Assembly: GCF_006345805.1 (NCBI RefSeq)
Contig: NC_043006.1
Span: 105,152,001 to 105,216,000, forward strand
Source: Octopus sinensis
Lineage: Eukaryota
Direction: 5' to 3'
Length of the DNA: 64,000 bases
Within the stretch, counting starts at the first letter, position 1. Each line of letters starts with the position of its first letter. A program made the position numbers and the translations under genes. Below, piece after piece: positions 40,271 through 53,770 of the stretch. The notes under the pieces are model-generated. The model made no database searches and was not told where the DNA came from. It saw nothing but the letters and a program-made list of their open reading frames with translations.

Positions 40271-40881
40271 CTCCCTAGGTGCAGCAGGTATGTGTTGAGA
40301 GGAGTTTATTGATTAAATTGACCCCGATACAGAGGGGACGGAAAATTTATAAAACACAAAATCCAGCCTGAAGTGGGCCAAACTCCAACCCCATGATCTC
40401 GATCATTACGGCCGCTGACCGAATCAAGTAGCACAACTTGTGTTCCAAGGAGCAAAACCTTCCAAGCCTATTGGTGTATGCATCGCCTCAGGGCAGCCCA
40501 TGATAGACATAGAAAGGCGTATACTTCTATCCCAACAAGCGGTGTTCCTTTCCAGTCTGCAACCGTATATTGTGCATCTGACTTCGGCCTAAGAAATCAC
40601 AACAACGTCCATCGATGTTGACTATGCAACACGATCGACTGTCTCGAACTCCAGAGACTGCAATTATTTATTATTGGCCTGCTATTTTATTTAATCCTCC
40701 CTCTCAGGAATGTTAAGAATCGTTAACCACGCCAGATTTGAACTCAACAATTCCACCATTCTGCTATAAGTTCGAGAGATTTGACGCTTGCAAAATTACC
40801 ACTCTTTCCCAAGATGAAAATGCAGATGCAAAGTAAGGTAAAAATATCTAAACGTACTTTCTGTGTGCGTACGTGTGTGTG

Positions 40882-40912
<31 letters not shown>

Positions 40913-42797
40913 CCGTGTATTCGCTTGAAATACATATATTGCGTGCAGAAGCGAGCTGCAATCATCTCTTGCAGACGAGTTGTGCAGTACTGAGGAGTGG
41001 CAGAAATAGCCCAAAACCAGGACTGGTCTACTGGTCCCGTCGCTAGGAGATGGTAGGGGCTCGCTCCCGTGCTCACAATTTTATCGGACCCGGCTATGAA
41101 TTGGTAACCAGCCTGAGGAGATGTCCTCCCGGGTTTAAAAAATCGCAGTAGAGTCGGCACGAACTGACAGCCATCTTAAAGTGGCTACGAATATTACTTG
41201 TCAGCACAACTGCTGCGTTGATCTCTTAGAGGCCTTTTAGAACAAGCATTTTTGCTTATTATAACGATTCTAAATTATAATAGTCCCCTTTTTTCTATTG
41301 TAATTTGATTACCACCCCAATTTTTCCATTATTTCTCAAGGCCTTTAATACGGTAATGAATCTGAGTAAATTCAGCTTCCTCTATCTTACTTCTTCTCAC
41401 TATCATCCCCTCCCCATCACTCCCTCCATTATTACCACCCTATGCTTTGCCCATTTTGCGAAGATTGAGCCGACATATTGTCCCATCACTTTTGATAACT
41501 TACTAGGCCGGCCTGGCGTTAATTGCTTCTCTCACCACTGACCAGTACGCATAAACAACTTTCTTGAGATAAAAATCTAGACCAAAGGTTCTCAACAGGG
41601 GGAAATTTGGATTCGGGGTGGGAGCATTTTGGAGAAAAGAGACACTAGAAAGCAATTTCTCTTTGGCGAGTTAAATTCGAAATTAACGAGTAGTAGCCAT
41701 GTTTCCACATCTGCGACGGTCAGTTTAAAGAAAACTATGCCTTTTTGTTTCAAATTTTCAATAACTTAAAAAACACTTTTTCCACTTTGACGACACCAAG
41801 CAAATTCTTGGTACTATGTGTAAATGGTAAAACCCCCAAAACAAAAACAAAAACTAAAACCTGATGAATAGTGACAGACGATTAAAAGAGAAAAAAGTAA
41901 TGAATAAAAGCGAAAAGCTGAATGTGTGTGTGTGATTGTGTGGTGTGTGTGTGTGTGTGTGTCAAATAAAAGGCCTTGGCCATTACAGCGCAGTACCAGT
42001 GCCATCGCAGATGACTCCAAAAGGCAGAGATGGAACTGATACCACAAGAAGTGTTACCCAACACTTTCATAAATCCGGCATTCCACCGATCAAAAATGGT
42101 ACTTTCTATTATCGACTCCAGAAGGAAGGATGAAAGTCAAAAATTTCCCTCAGCGGAAATTGAACTCAAAACGTACAACATTCTACATTATTTCCTGTAA
42201 ATAGGACTCTTAGAACGATTCATGAATGAGTGGAATATATTTTGGTTTGTGAGCCTTCTTTTGATAACTTTTAATGCTTTCTTCATGTGTAGAAAACTCC
42301 ACCTGACCACATCAAGCCTCGAAAATAAATACATATCGAGAGTGACTATTTTTATTGCTGTTCATTAAATATACACTTTTTATGGTATTTTCTTTATTTA
42401 TTTTCATTGTCTATAAAGTATACATTCCATTTATTTATTACAGCCTTAAAAGAACAACAACCTCAACACATTCGTTGTATGTGAACACAATACTATATGA
42501 GGAGTAACTTATCAGCGCATCTATTACTCTCTTCTGGCCGTCTCAATCCTCTCTCTATCTACATGTCTCTCCTCTCTCTTTCCTGTCTCTCTTCTCTCTC
42601 ACCCTCTTTCTTTCTCTCTCTCATAAACATAAATATGTACCACAACAATACACAGCAATATTAATAAATATGGATGCGTATGTATATATGCGTAAACATG
42701 CACACACATACATAACTATATATGAATACATAAATATATACGTAAATATAATATACATTCACATACTTATGTCTTCATATATATGTAATATATATAT

Positions 42798-43175
42798 GGC
42801 GCAGGAGTGGCTGTGTGGTAAGTAGCTTGTTTACCAGCCACATGGTTCCGAGTTCAGTCCCACTGCGTGGCACCTTGGGCAAGTGTCTTCTACTATAGCC
42901 TCGGGCCGACCAAAGCCTTGTGAGTGGATTTGGTAGACGGAAACTGAAAGAAGCCCGTCGTACATATGTATATATATATATGCGTGTGTGTGTTTGTGTG
43001 AGTGTGTTTGTCCCCCTAGCATTGCTTGACAACGGATGCTGGTGTGTTTATGTCCCCGTTACTTAGCGGTTCGGGCTTACAAAAGAAAAGTCCCGAGGTC
43101 GAGTTGCTAGATTAAAGGCGGTGCTCCAGCATGGCCGCAGTCAAATGACTGAAACAAGTAAAAGAGTAAAAGAGA
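42798..43175 (+). mobile_element. tRNA-derived SINE type A: tRNA-like head, CORE-like segment, central TA/TG microsatellite, structured tail
   Basis: A-box-like TGGCTGTGTGG, B-box-like GAGTTCAGTCCC, CCTTGGGCAAG segment, tail GCAGTCAAATGACTGAAACAAGTAAAAGAG. Near-identical copies elsewhere in the window. Confidence 0.9.
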
Positions 43176-43179
43176 GAGT

Positions 43180-43250
<71 letters not shown>

Positions 43251-43300
43251 GTTGTTTTCCACCTGCCTTCGTCTTTTGTTTATTTTCATAAAGCTTCCCG

Positions 43301-43366
<66 letters not shown>

Positions 43367-43604
43367 TTATAAATAAGGATAATATCGATATTTAAATATC
43401 GATCTTATCAAGTGGCCGGCATGGGAATAAATACCATACAAAGGTAATAATTATTTAAAACTATAAATAAGGCTATCTGAGAGATACCAGCATGCCGAAA
43501 TAGCAGTCAAAACCCTGACCCTAAAAACCACCTTAAATGTTCATATCGCGCCATGAGATAAGACAGAGAGACAAAATAAAGTAGCAAAAAAGATTTTACT
43601 GATA

Positions 43605-43663
43605 ATTCAAGATCCTGGATTTCTGACTTTGCTTCCAATAAGCTCTGCCTTCGTCAGTTGAAT
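43605..43663 (-). ncRNA. Type I hammerhead ribozyme with long, imperfect stem II
   Basis: ATTCAA-CTGACGA-AGGCAGAGCTTATTGGAAGCAAAGTCA-GAAA-TCCAGGA-TC-TTGAAT. Confidence 0.6.
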
Positions 43664-43804
43664 ATACGAGATGGGTACATAAATACAAATATATTTATGG
43701 TTATATATATATATATGTAAAGATACATATAGATGCATATACATATACACAATTACACACATATATATAGAAAAATAAAATATCTATACGTTCATGCACA
43801 CACA

Positions 43805-43856
<52 letters not shown>

Positions 43857-44274
43857 CTGATATAAATATAAATATGCAAACGCATATTTGCATACAGATG
43901 TCAGTCATGTTTGTGCTAAGTGTTTCCTAGGAGACAGAACAAAATCAAAACATATCGTCTAGCTAATACAAATACACTGAGGTTACGAGATGTCCAAGCC
44001 AGGGGACATCCATTATACAGTCTAATAGCTCTCGATTACTCCTTGAGCACAAGTCACCGCTAATATTACTTACCTGATTCTATAATGATTACGTAAAACG
44101 AGTAATCATAGGTCACTTTTTCTATTCACTGTCTTCAACTATATGTAACTGCATTTCGTTATTGTTTAAAATATCCTATTATATTCATATGTATCATTTA
44201 TTACTACGAGCTATGTTTATGTCCCATTTACTCCTTTTGTGTAAATCTGCTTTTAACAGTTTACTGTATTACGC

Positions 44275-44320
<46 letters not shown>

Positions 44321-44326
44321 TGTATG

Positions 44327-44423
<97 letters not shown>

Positions 44424-44430
44424 CATATAT

Positions 44431-44469
<39 letters not shown>

Positions 44470-44704
44470 CAGAGAATTTAGAGACGGACCGCTATTTAGT
44501 TATTCAAACAATACTGGGAAGATCTATAATACCTACACAGAAATTAATTAAATATATTATAATTTATAATTCTTAATCTAAAAATCCCAAAACAAAACTA
44601 AACGTCTATATATAATACATTGTGAATTTTTGATTTAGTGTGCTAAATAGAATTTTTTTCCCCGTTGACTTGGAATTTTTATATTCCCTAGCTATTAATA
44701 ATAT

Positions 44705-44761
<57 letters not shown>

Positions 44762-44762
<1 letters not shown>

Positions 44763-44960
44763 GAGAGGTGCTGAAGCCTTCTTGTTTCAGGATTCGCCAA
44801 AGGCGTGGCTGGAAGTCCGAGTTCCTTTACAAGTCTTAGAATAACTGAAGGACCGTTGAGGTAATCTGAGAGGAGAATGCGTTGAATAAAATCATAATAA
44901 ACTGATCGTCCTGTATATTGTTTATTTACTCAAAACCAGGAACTTTTCAGCAACCCCTCG
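44762..44960. mobile_element. Mariner-type MITE
   Basis: Imperfect terminal inverted repeats CGAGAGGTGCTGAA ... TTCAGCAACCCCTCG, in a TA-repeat context. Confidence 0.7.
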
Positions 44961-45019
44961 AATATGTATATATATATATATATATACCTACGTACGTATG
45001 TATTATGCATGTATGTGTT

Positions 45020-46925
45020 TAGCAGCGTTACGGTCTGAACCATTTCCTTTGTCGACGTACTTCCTCAGCAGCGTTACCACACCTCGGCTAATAGCACTAG
45101 GAATTCTCCGGTTCTTTTGCTAGTTACATCAAAGTTCTTCCAAGGGACCGCTAAACCAATCTGGCGCGAACTGATAGAATTCATAGGGCAAATCATCCAA
45201 TCTGAGCAGTTTGCAACTTGAGCATTTCGGTCATTACTTCTTGTATTTCAGTGGCCGTTATTGGCCTTTCCCAGAACCTTGTGTTCGATGTCAAAACCCG
45301 CGGTTGGCCGTGCGCGTACGAACTAAAGTCCACTGCCGTCATCGACCAATCACCTTCCTCAAGCAGCTGCACGAAGTAATAGGGGAAAGACGTATGTCTG
45401 TTTGGAACCGAGCCGCACATACCCGTTCTGTTCCTTCAAAGACCTAATCATGGTTATGCTGCCATATCAATTTGGACCATTTGGATCCATTGGACAGCTT
45501 TCGTACCCTCGTGTTTGAGCAACGTGCCTTAGCCCTAACACTGCCGCCTCCCTGTTTCACCTCGAAAAAATGGCCAAGGGTCATTCTCGCCCCAACCACA
45601 TCGGTTGTGATACCTTTACTCGCCTCTAGGACATCGATCGTTAGGCAACTGGTTCTCCCTCTAATTCATTTCTTGCTATTGTCAGCTCTTTGCTAAACGC
45701 TATCGATTCTTCTCTAATCGTCCCCTTCAGGAAGATCCACTATTGGTTGTTAACGATCGGCACCGTCAACTGCTATTTAACTAACTAGTTTACTAATTCG
45801 GTCCCTGTAGCTTTTTGCGGGCCAGTAAGAATGCATTCAACTCCCATTAACTGGGACTACGACTACGAGTTCTATCTAAAGCGAGTTTGGGGTCTGTGTA
45901 GCCGACCAATTTAAGTTGAGGACCAAGCTATTCCAATCCGATGGCCTTACAGATACAATATCTAGATGCGATCTGTATGACCCGTTATGTTTGCTCCATA
46001 TCAGGGAAATCAGTCGATACCAGTCAGATAACTAGAAGTTTCGGAACAAATTTTCGAGGCTTTTTCATCCCCTTCTATGCATTAGCCTCACACAGACATT
46101 CCGTGCGTCCAAAATACAGTACCAGGTCCCCACTAGTACTAAAGAGCGAAACATTCCCAGGAATGTTTAGAGACGCCTGAAGAAATCTGGCTTTCCTACC
46201 CCAGTCGAGTTATATATGGCCATCAGTCTAAAGCCGCCACCTTCGCTGCCATTCACGTCTTGTACCACCAAACTATCGTTCGGGTTCAAGAATACTGTCC
46301 GTACTCTGAGACCTAAGAATTTCCGGACAGCATTGATACACCACCACTATTTAAGAAATTTCAAAGTCGTTGAATATGGGTGCTAGTGTGTGCACACTAG
46401 AAATACTTGTCTGGCTGATGGCTGTCACATCTAATTCGAGCGACCTGACATCGATGATAAAATGAGCTTACTTTCAAGCTGATCTCATGCCACGCACATT
46501 CACGCACCCCTATCTCAGCGCAGTCATGCTAGTTGGAGAAAGAAAAATAGGTCACACATCTTGATTTACTAGAAGCCGGGATGTTCCGGGCCTCTTTACC
46601 GGCGAAATTTTTTCTAAGAGGCCCTTCTAAATTCTTATGATCTATTGTTATCTTAAAAAAAACTTCCAATGCTAGCCAATAATATTTCCCGGATGTTTTA
46701 TGAATTCAGATGCTTCATCAGTAGTCTGTCTTTCGTGGATTTGAGGATGAAATCTTCAAATTCCTTCCCATCTGTCTCGATTTTGCTTTCGTTCTGATTT
46801 CAATAATCCACCAATTTACTTTTGGTTTTATGCAGAACAGTAAAACTTTTGGATACATTTTGTGGACAGTTTGAAATATTTTGTTACTTTGCAGTTTCAT
46901 TATTTATTGTTTCTGTGTTTCTCTT

Positions 46926-46957
<32 letters not shown>

Positions 46958-47640
46958 ATTGGTGGTGTTGTTGTTGTTGTTGTTGTTGTTGATGATGTTG
47001 CTGATGCTGTTGCTGTTGTTGTTGGTTATGGAGTGTTTATGAATTGGGCTGCTGTTGTGGATTTTGTGTTTGTTTGTTTTTATGTGTTCCCGTAATGGGG
47101 TTATGCATCCTCTTCTGCTTTAAACCTGCCTCCTTTTGTGACTGTGATTCATAGTTTGGACTGCTCTTCTTTATCCATGTCATTGCTGTTGTAGGTTTGG
47201 AAAGCAGGGCGTTCAGGAGAAGCTTGCTTTTCCGTGGGATCCTGGGACCTGTCTTTGTTTGGGGGTGGGCGTTGGAGTCCTTAGATCTTTTCTTTGGTTT
47301 TGCATTTGTGATGTTGGCAACAGTGGGTGGTTCTTCTTCTTTGTTTGAAGACAGAAAGCCTTTAAGTGTGGCATCTTGCCTTCCTTCCCTCCACTATGAC
47401 TGACAGGTGGGTACCATCGGAGAGGTCTGTCAGGTGAGAAACTTCGTCAAGTATTTTTCGCTGGTTTGTATCATCGGTTTCACATCTATTCCTGACTAAT
47501 TTTGTTGAGGTATTTTCTTTACCTCCAGAATGGCCACATCTTCCCCTATACCCGCGCAGACAGACGCTATCGGGTAAGTGATGGATATTTCTGGCGGTAC
47601 GTTTATCACTTCGACTTTTGCAAGGTGTTGGTCGCGATAA
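45020..47640 (-). pseudogene. Old, decayed Tx1-like LINE (ORF1 remnant, APE domain and start of RT), lacking its 3' part
   Basis: Fragments VEVINVPPEI, SVIVEGRKARCH, GCVNVRG and RIPSAISRGVVTLLRK are colinear with the intact copy. Many stops and frameshifts. Confidence 0.85.
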
Positions 47641-47858
47641 CTGGAGATGATACGTATGTATGACAGACATATTACACGGCAAATATTAAATTATAAACAC
47701 TATCTGATGAAGTGGTTCTGTGATAAATATAAAATGGTAAACACATTACACACTAAATAAGCCGTTCAATTCAAGTCATTGATGTGTCAATGTGGAAAGC
47801 ACAACTCATAAACGACTTTTGCAATAATACCTGTTACTGTAGACATGAAGTAGTGGTG

Positions 47859-47889
<31 letters not shown>

Positions 47890-48157
47890 GAGGAGGAGGA
47901 GGAGGAGGAGGAGGAGGAGGAGGAGTGGAGGTGGCGGCGGCGGTGGGGGTGGTTGCAGCTGCAGCAATAGTAGTGGTGGTGGTAGTAATTCTAGTAAAAG
48001 AAGATGAGGGGAAGGAGGAAGAGGGGAGGAGGAAGAGGAAGGCGAAGAAGAAGAAGAAAACGACTTTGTTGATTATTATCATGATCACATCATTGTCATT
48101 CATCAACATGCTATCATCACCATCATCATCGTCGTCTTCGTTATGGTCATCACCGTT

Positions 48158-48190
<33 letters not shown>

Positions 48191-48380
48191 TCATCATCAT
48201 CATCATCGTCGTCTTCGTTCGTCGTCATCATCATCACCATCATCATCATCAACACCATCATCACCATCATCATCACCATCATCAGAAACAATAACAACTG
48301 CAACTACAAACATCATAAGGCACAGTTCAAATTCGGCAGACGTTAGTGGGTCAGTAGGTGCAGATAATGAGAAGTAGCCC

Positions 48381-48752
48381 TTCAAGTGCTACTTGAAATC
48401 CGACATCCGGCATCTAGCATCCGACATCCGGCATCCGGCATCCGGCATCCGACACGTGGACGGACTCGCTGACTCATGGAAACCCCGTATCGTGAATTCA
48501 TTTATTGACATCATAATCACCAGAACCGAGTGCATGCACAAGTGATTGGCGGCTCTGTCGGCACGGGTCGTACGAGAGGTTTTCAAAAGACGACGCTGAC
48601 GAATACGCAAACAAAAGCAGTGTGGGGGACGGTGGATTGTGTTTATAGAGTAGAATATAAGTAAGAGATGGAAAATATAAAACAGTGAGAGTTTGGAGTG
48701 GAACGGGGTGCAAGGTGACTCAGTTTGGTGGAGGCGCAGGGACTTATATGGC
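48381..48752. promoter_or_regulatory. Candidate cis-regulatory module
   Basis: Eight ATCCG(G/A)C-type heptamers (ETS-like CCGGAT), CACGTG, two TGACTCA sites, GATTGG and an inverted TTCAAGT pair, in CpG-retaining unique sequence. Confidence 0.35.
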
Positions 48753-49359
48753 GACACCTGTGCACGCGTTTCCCAAGTACTTTCAAACCATTTACATTCA
48801 GATGACAGTTCGTGTGTATACATGCGTGTGAATTTCAGTAATGTATGTGTAAGTATAATGTGTCCACGCATCTGTAATTTCCTATATATTACTGCGTGTG
48901 ACAGTGTATAGCTGTGTGTAATTCTCGGAATATAATAAAGTATGTATGTGTAATTATGCATGTATTTTCAAACGTCAGTGTATACGCATGCGTGCGTGGC
49001 AGTACGTGTGTGTCTAATTTGGTGCTGTACACAATACTTGACACGAAAACAGGTGAACAGGACAAAGATAGGTAGTTATATGTTTGTCAGTAACTGGAGG
49101 AAGTTTTCGTAAATAAAGGCTCCCGTTGAAAAGGTTTTGTACAAAGCTGAATAAATATACACCTCACTCAGACATACACACGCACACATGCGCGCGCACT
49201 CACACACGCTCACGCACACATGCACACCACCACACGGCACATATACACATGCACACGCAAACACACACGCTCTTGTATATAGACAGATAGATAAAAAAAT
49301 ACATATACAAACATATATGTAAATATATATACATATATCTATCTATATATATATATATA

Positions 49360-49768
49360 GCAGGAGTGGTTGTGTGGTAAGTAGCTTGTTTACCGACCAC
49401 ATGGTTCCGGGTTCAGTCCCACTGCGTAGCACCTTGGGCAAGTGTCTTCTACTATAGCCTCGGGCCGACCAAAGCCTTGTGAATGGATTTGGTAGACGGA
49501 AACTGAAAGAAGCCCATCATGTGTGTGTGTATATATATATAATGTATGTATGTGTATGTGTTTGTGTGTCTGTGTTTGTCCCCCTAGCATCTTTGACAAC
49601 CGATGCTGGTTGTGTTTATGTCCCCGTTACTTAGCGTTTCGGCAAGAGACCGATAGAATAAGTACTGGGCTTACAAAAGAATAAGTCCCGGGGTCGAGTT
49701 GCTCGATTAAAGGCGGTGCTCCAGCATGGCCGCAGTTAAATGACTGAAACAAGTAAAAGAGTAAAAGA
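49360..49768 (+). mobile_element. SINE type A, full copy
   Basis: High identity to 42798-43175 across head and tail. Confidence 0.9.
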
Positions 49769-49769
49769 T

Positions 49770-49813
<44 letters not shown>

Positions 49814-49892
49814 TGGTACAACGGTAAGATACACAAGAAATAAAGAGACCTCATATATGTAAATAAGAGGAAATTTATCTATAAAATAATAT

Positions 49893-50076
49893 TGTTACAT
49901 TACTACTCGATAGTCAAGATAAAACTCTGAGTTTCAGATGCCGAAGGTGAAATCCACAACGTCATCTCTTCGGTTATATTCGGTTATCTAGCCAGATAAC
50001 CGAAGAGATGACGTTGTGGATTCCCACTTCGGCATCTGAAACTCAGAGTTTATCTTGACTATCGAGTAATGTAACA
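49893..50076. repeat. 184-bp near-perfect palindrome, each arm carrying a hammerhead-like motif
   Basis: TGTTACATTAC..CTCGATAGTCAAGATA..CTTCGGTTAT is followed by its reverse complement ending GTAATGTAACA. Confidence 0.9.
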
Positions 50077-50188
50077 TAGTATATTATATATATTATATAT
50101 ATATATATATAATATATATAGGGAGCGGTGAATAAATTGTCGTCTAAATTACGCAAAGCTGAAAATAACACTGACGTATATATATATA

Positions 50189-50360
50189 TACGACTGGCTT
50201 CTTTCAGTTTCTGTCTACCAAATCCACTCACAAGGCTTTATGGTTTTATTAGGCCCGAGACAGTAGTAGAATACACCTGAAGAGGTTCCACGCAGTGGGA
50301 CTGAACCCAGGACCACATGGTCGGGAAGCAAGCTTCTTCCACGCAGCCACGTCTGCGCCT
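50189..50360 (-). mobile_element. SINE type A, head only
   Basis: Reverse complement of the type A head. Confidence 0.8.
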
Positions 50361-50539
50361 ATATCTTAGAGTTTTTTGCAGTGCTAGTGAAATTACTAGT
50401 ATTTGTGGTGGTAGAGGCGACGATTGAAGAGTTCCGCATTAGAGAAATATACTAGTAGCTATCGATACTGGTGGTAGAATGTATGTTGTAAGGAGGTATA
50501 AAAACAGAGGTATAAGCTCAATCCAAAGGACCTGTGAGT

Positions 50540-50800
50540 ACCACCGCAGCATCTGCTACAAACTGGTGTCGGCGCCCATAATGCAGAGGAGAGAAATGTC
50601 AATAAATACGGGAGCCTGGCCAACCGCTATCAGTTTGTGGCGGTTGCCGTCGAAACGTCAAATGTTCTAGGATTTCGTCCGATTTCCTCCGCAAAACAGG
50701 GATAACGACGTCCCATCGGAGAAGCGAGCTCCGCTAGATGGAGTGGCTGCTGAAGCAACTGTCGCTGGCTATTCTCCGCGGCAGCGCCATCGCGATCATT
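50540..50800 (+). pseudogene. C-terminal restriction-like endonuclease fragment of a CRE-like non-LTR retrotransposon
   Basis: Translates to NAEERNVNKYGSLANRYQFVAVAVETS...KQLSLAILRGSAIAI. This matches the KY..L...F.P.AVET...RLS.A.QRGNA pattern of CRE-type endonuclease C-termini. Confidence 0.65.
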
Positions 50801-51924
50801 ACCGTGGGGCAAAACTGAGCACCCCATTTTTTCTGGGATATGAGGTGCATTCGTCTTACGCTGCTTTACATCACCACAACATCTTTGCCTTTTGTTTACT
50901 TTTTGTTCTTTCTTTTCTTATCTCCCTTTGTTCCTGTTCCTTTGGATCTGTGTCGATCTTTACTTCGAATAGAAATAAAACTTCTTGAGTGTGTACTCAA
51001 ACGGTGAAAATATCGCGGAATTAAGTGAAAGTCTAAATCGGTAACCTGATTGTGCAGCTCAGATTTCCTATATATATTTTTTTATTGCCCACAAGGGACT
51101 AGGGGGAGAGGAAGAACGAGTGTGTGTGAAATAACAGATCGATTCCGCCCCACAAAACTTAATGCTTTGTGGGCATACGACACGTTTAACTCATTGAATG
51201 CTGGGAAACATTTGACGCGGTGCGTGGGACATCCACAAAACTGAAGACTGTGTCAGATGGTTATAAAATGAACGTAACTCCAGCTAAATGAGCTGATTGC
51301 TACTCTCTTTCGCTCGTTCACTCATTCGTACGTATCTATGCGTGTTGTGTATGTGTGCGTGTGTATGTGTATGTGGGTTTGTACTGCTCGGAGTGTGCTG
51401 TGGTAGATGTAACTTGCCGAAGGCGCCACTCAATGACGCAGAAGCTGAAATCACAAGGCTGCGACGCCGACGTCTTAAACACGTAGCTAAGCCTGCGCCT
51501 GTGATACTGCTACAGTAGAAGTAAAAAAAAAGAGAGGAAGAACCATAACCTCAATATATTCTATGTTAAAAATTGGTTGCTCTCTATCAAATTTATTAAA
51601 CCCACACAAGCGGATGAACAAACAGGTCGACCATGATTGATGTACAAAGTAAACACGATGAAGTAATGACAGATAGCAGCCGTGATGGAATTAATGAAGA
51701 TTGTGATTAAGATATGGCGCCATCTTGTGGTAGTCTGAAATTAAAAGAAAAATAAATGATCTCGCAAATACGTGCATATAATCACACACTATAATCACAA
51801 ATATCTGTGTCTCTTTATATATACACTCACACGCATGCAGACAAACATAAACACATACATACGTACATACATGCATACATACAAACAAATAGACAGTCAA
51901 TCAGAGAAAGATATATATATATAT

Positions 51925-51981
<57 letters not shown>

Positions 51982-51983
51982 GG

Positions 51984-52048
<65 letters not shown>

Positions 52049-52083
52049 GGATGGTTGGATGGATAGATAGATAGATAGAAAGA

Positions 52084-52197
<114 letters not shown>

Positions 52198-53570
52198 GGA
52201 TGGTTGGATGGATAGATAGACTTGCGTAAGTACATAGATATGTGTGTATACATATGTGTGTCTTACAGAAATGACAAAATTCAAATTTGAGTTATTCGGA
52301 ACTTAATTTGGTAGGGATATTTCTGAAGAAATCGAATAGGACATTTTGAATTGTGTCATCTAATATAGCTTTGAGCCAACTATAGCTTTGTGAGTTGCAC
52401 TAAGAGACAGAAACTGAAAGAAGCCACATACACACACACACGCACGCACACATACACACACACACACACACCACACGCCCACACGCACACACACAAACAC
52501 ACACACACGCACGCACACAAACACACACACACACGCACACGCACACACACACACACACACACACGCACACAAACACACACACACGCACGCACACGCACAC
52601 ACAAACACACTCACACAAACACACGCACTCAGGCACGCACACACACGCACACACAAACACACAAACACACACATATATATACACATGTATAACAGTGGTT
52701 AGGGCAGCGGACTTACAGTACACACATATACATACACACACACACCACACACATATATATATATATATTATATATATATACATGTGTTTGTGTAAGAAAA
52801 CTTGTGATCTTGTAGCACAGATAACTTTTCTTTTATAAAAACCGATAAATTTCCAGAAATTTTAGCTAAGGAACATATATAGCTTGCAACCTTATCTAAT
52901 TATGAATTGAATATCCGTTAGGAAGCGCATAATTAAATAATAAGTACTAGGGTACATGTTAAATGTTCATAATAGCTTAGCTCTTACGTTCTACCCTTCA
53001 GAATTTTGCAACAAATTTCTTAACAATTAAAAAGATCAGTTCATACCCTGTTTCCATGCTACTACAATGCTAGTACGATGGTGTAATCTCTAGCATTGAC
53101 CAAATGATCTGAAACGCATGTGAAGAATATTTCCCGAGAGACTTTTTCGGGATTTTCCTTCCCACGTTTATGAAAAAATAATCACAAAATCCTACGAGTG
53201 TTTTTAAACTTAGTATTGTTGTTTCGATATATTTCGGCGCAAGATACGAATGAGTTCGACGATAATATTCAACAAATAATTACTGCCACTGATGTAGTTA
53301 CTGAGAGGTGCTGTAATTGTAGTAAATTATCTCAGCAATATAATTGCTAATGAATCATGTCAAGATCTTGTATGAGGGGTAGCTAACGATAATTAAATTT
53401 CTATGAATCATTTTGTGACCAAATGTGAGGCCATCTCTCCAAAGGCTACTTCTAATTGCAGGAAATTTTTTCTGCAAATTATGAAGGATATAGATTCAGA
53501 AAATTTTGCCCGCAATTTTCTGCCATGTATAAATCAAATAATTCAGTTTCTACTATTTTTAAATTCAGAA

Positions 53571-53770
53571 AGGCAGAGAGCTGGCAGAATCGTTAGCACG
53601 CTGGAAGAAATGCTTAGCGGCATTTCGCCCGTCGCTACGTTCTGAGTTCAAGTTCCACTGAGGTCGACTTTGCCTTTCATCCTTTCTGGGTCGATAAATT
53701 AAGTACCAGTTGAATACTGGAGTCGATGTAACGACTCATCCCAAGCTGCCCTTGTGGCAAAAGTTTGAAA
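53571..53770 (+). mobile_element. SINE type B (alternative tail)
   Basis: GAGCTGGCAGAATCGTTAGCACGC...GAGTTCAAGTTCC...GCCTTTCATCCTTTCTGGGTCGATAAATTAAGTACCAG. Confidence 0.88.

Noticed and set aside
47784-48377. 197-aa ORF with poly-V/G/R/H/S runs (similar cases at 31332-31751, 37541-37978 and 58265-58601)
   Set aside because: Compound trinucleotide microsatellites. No splice or homology support.
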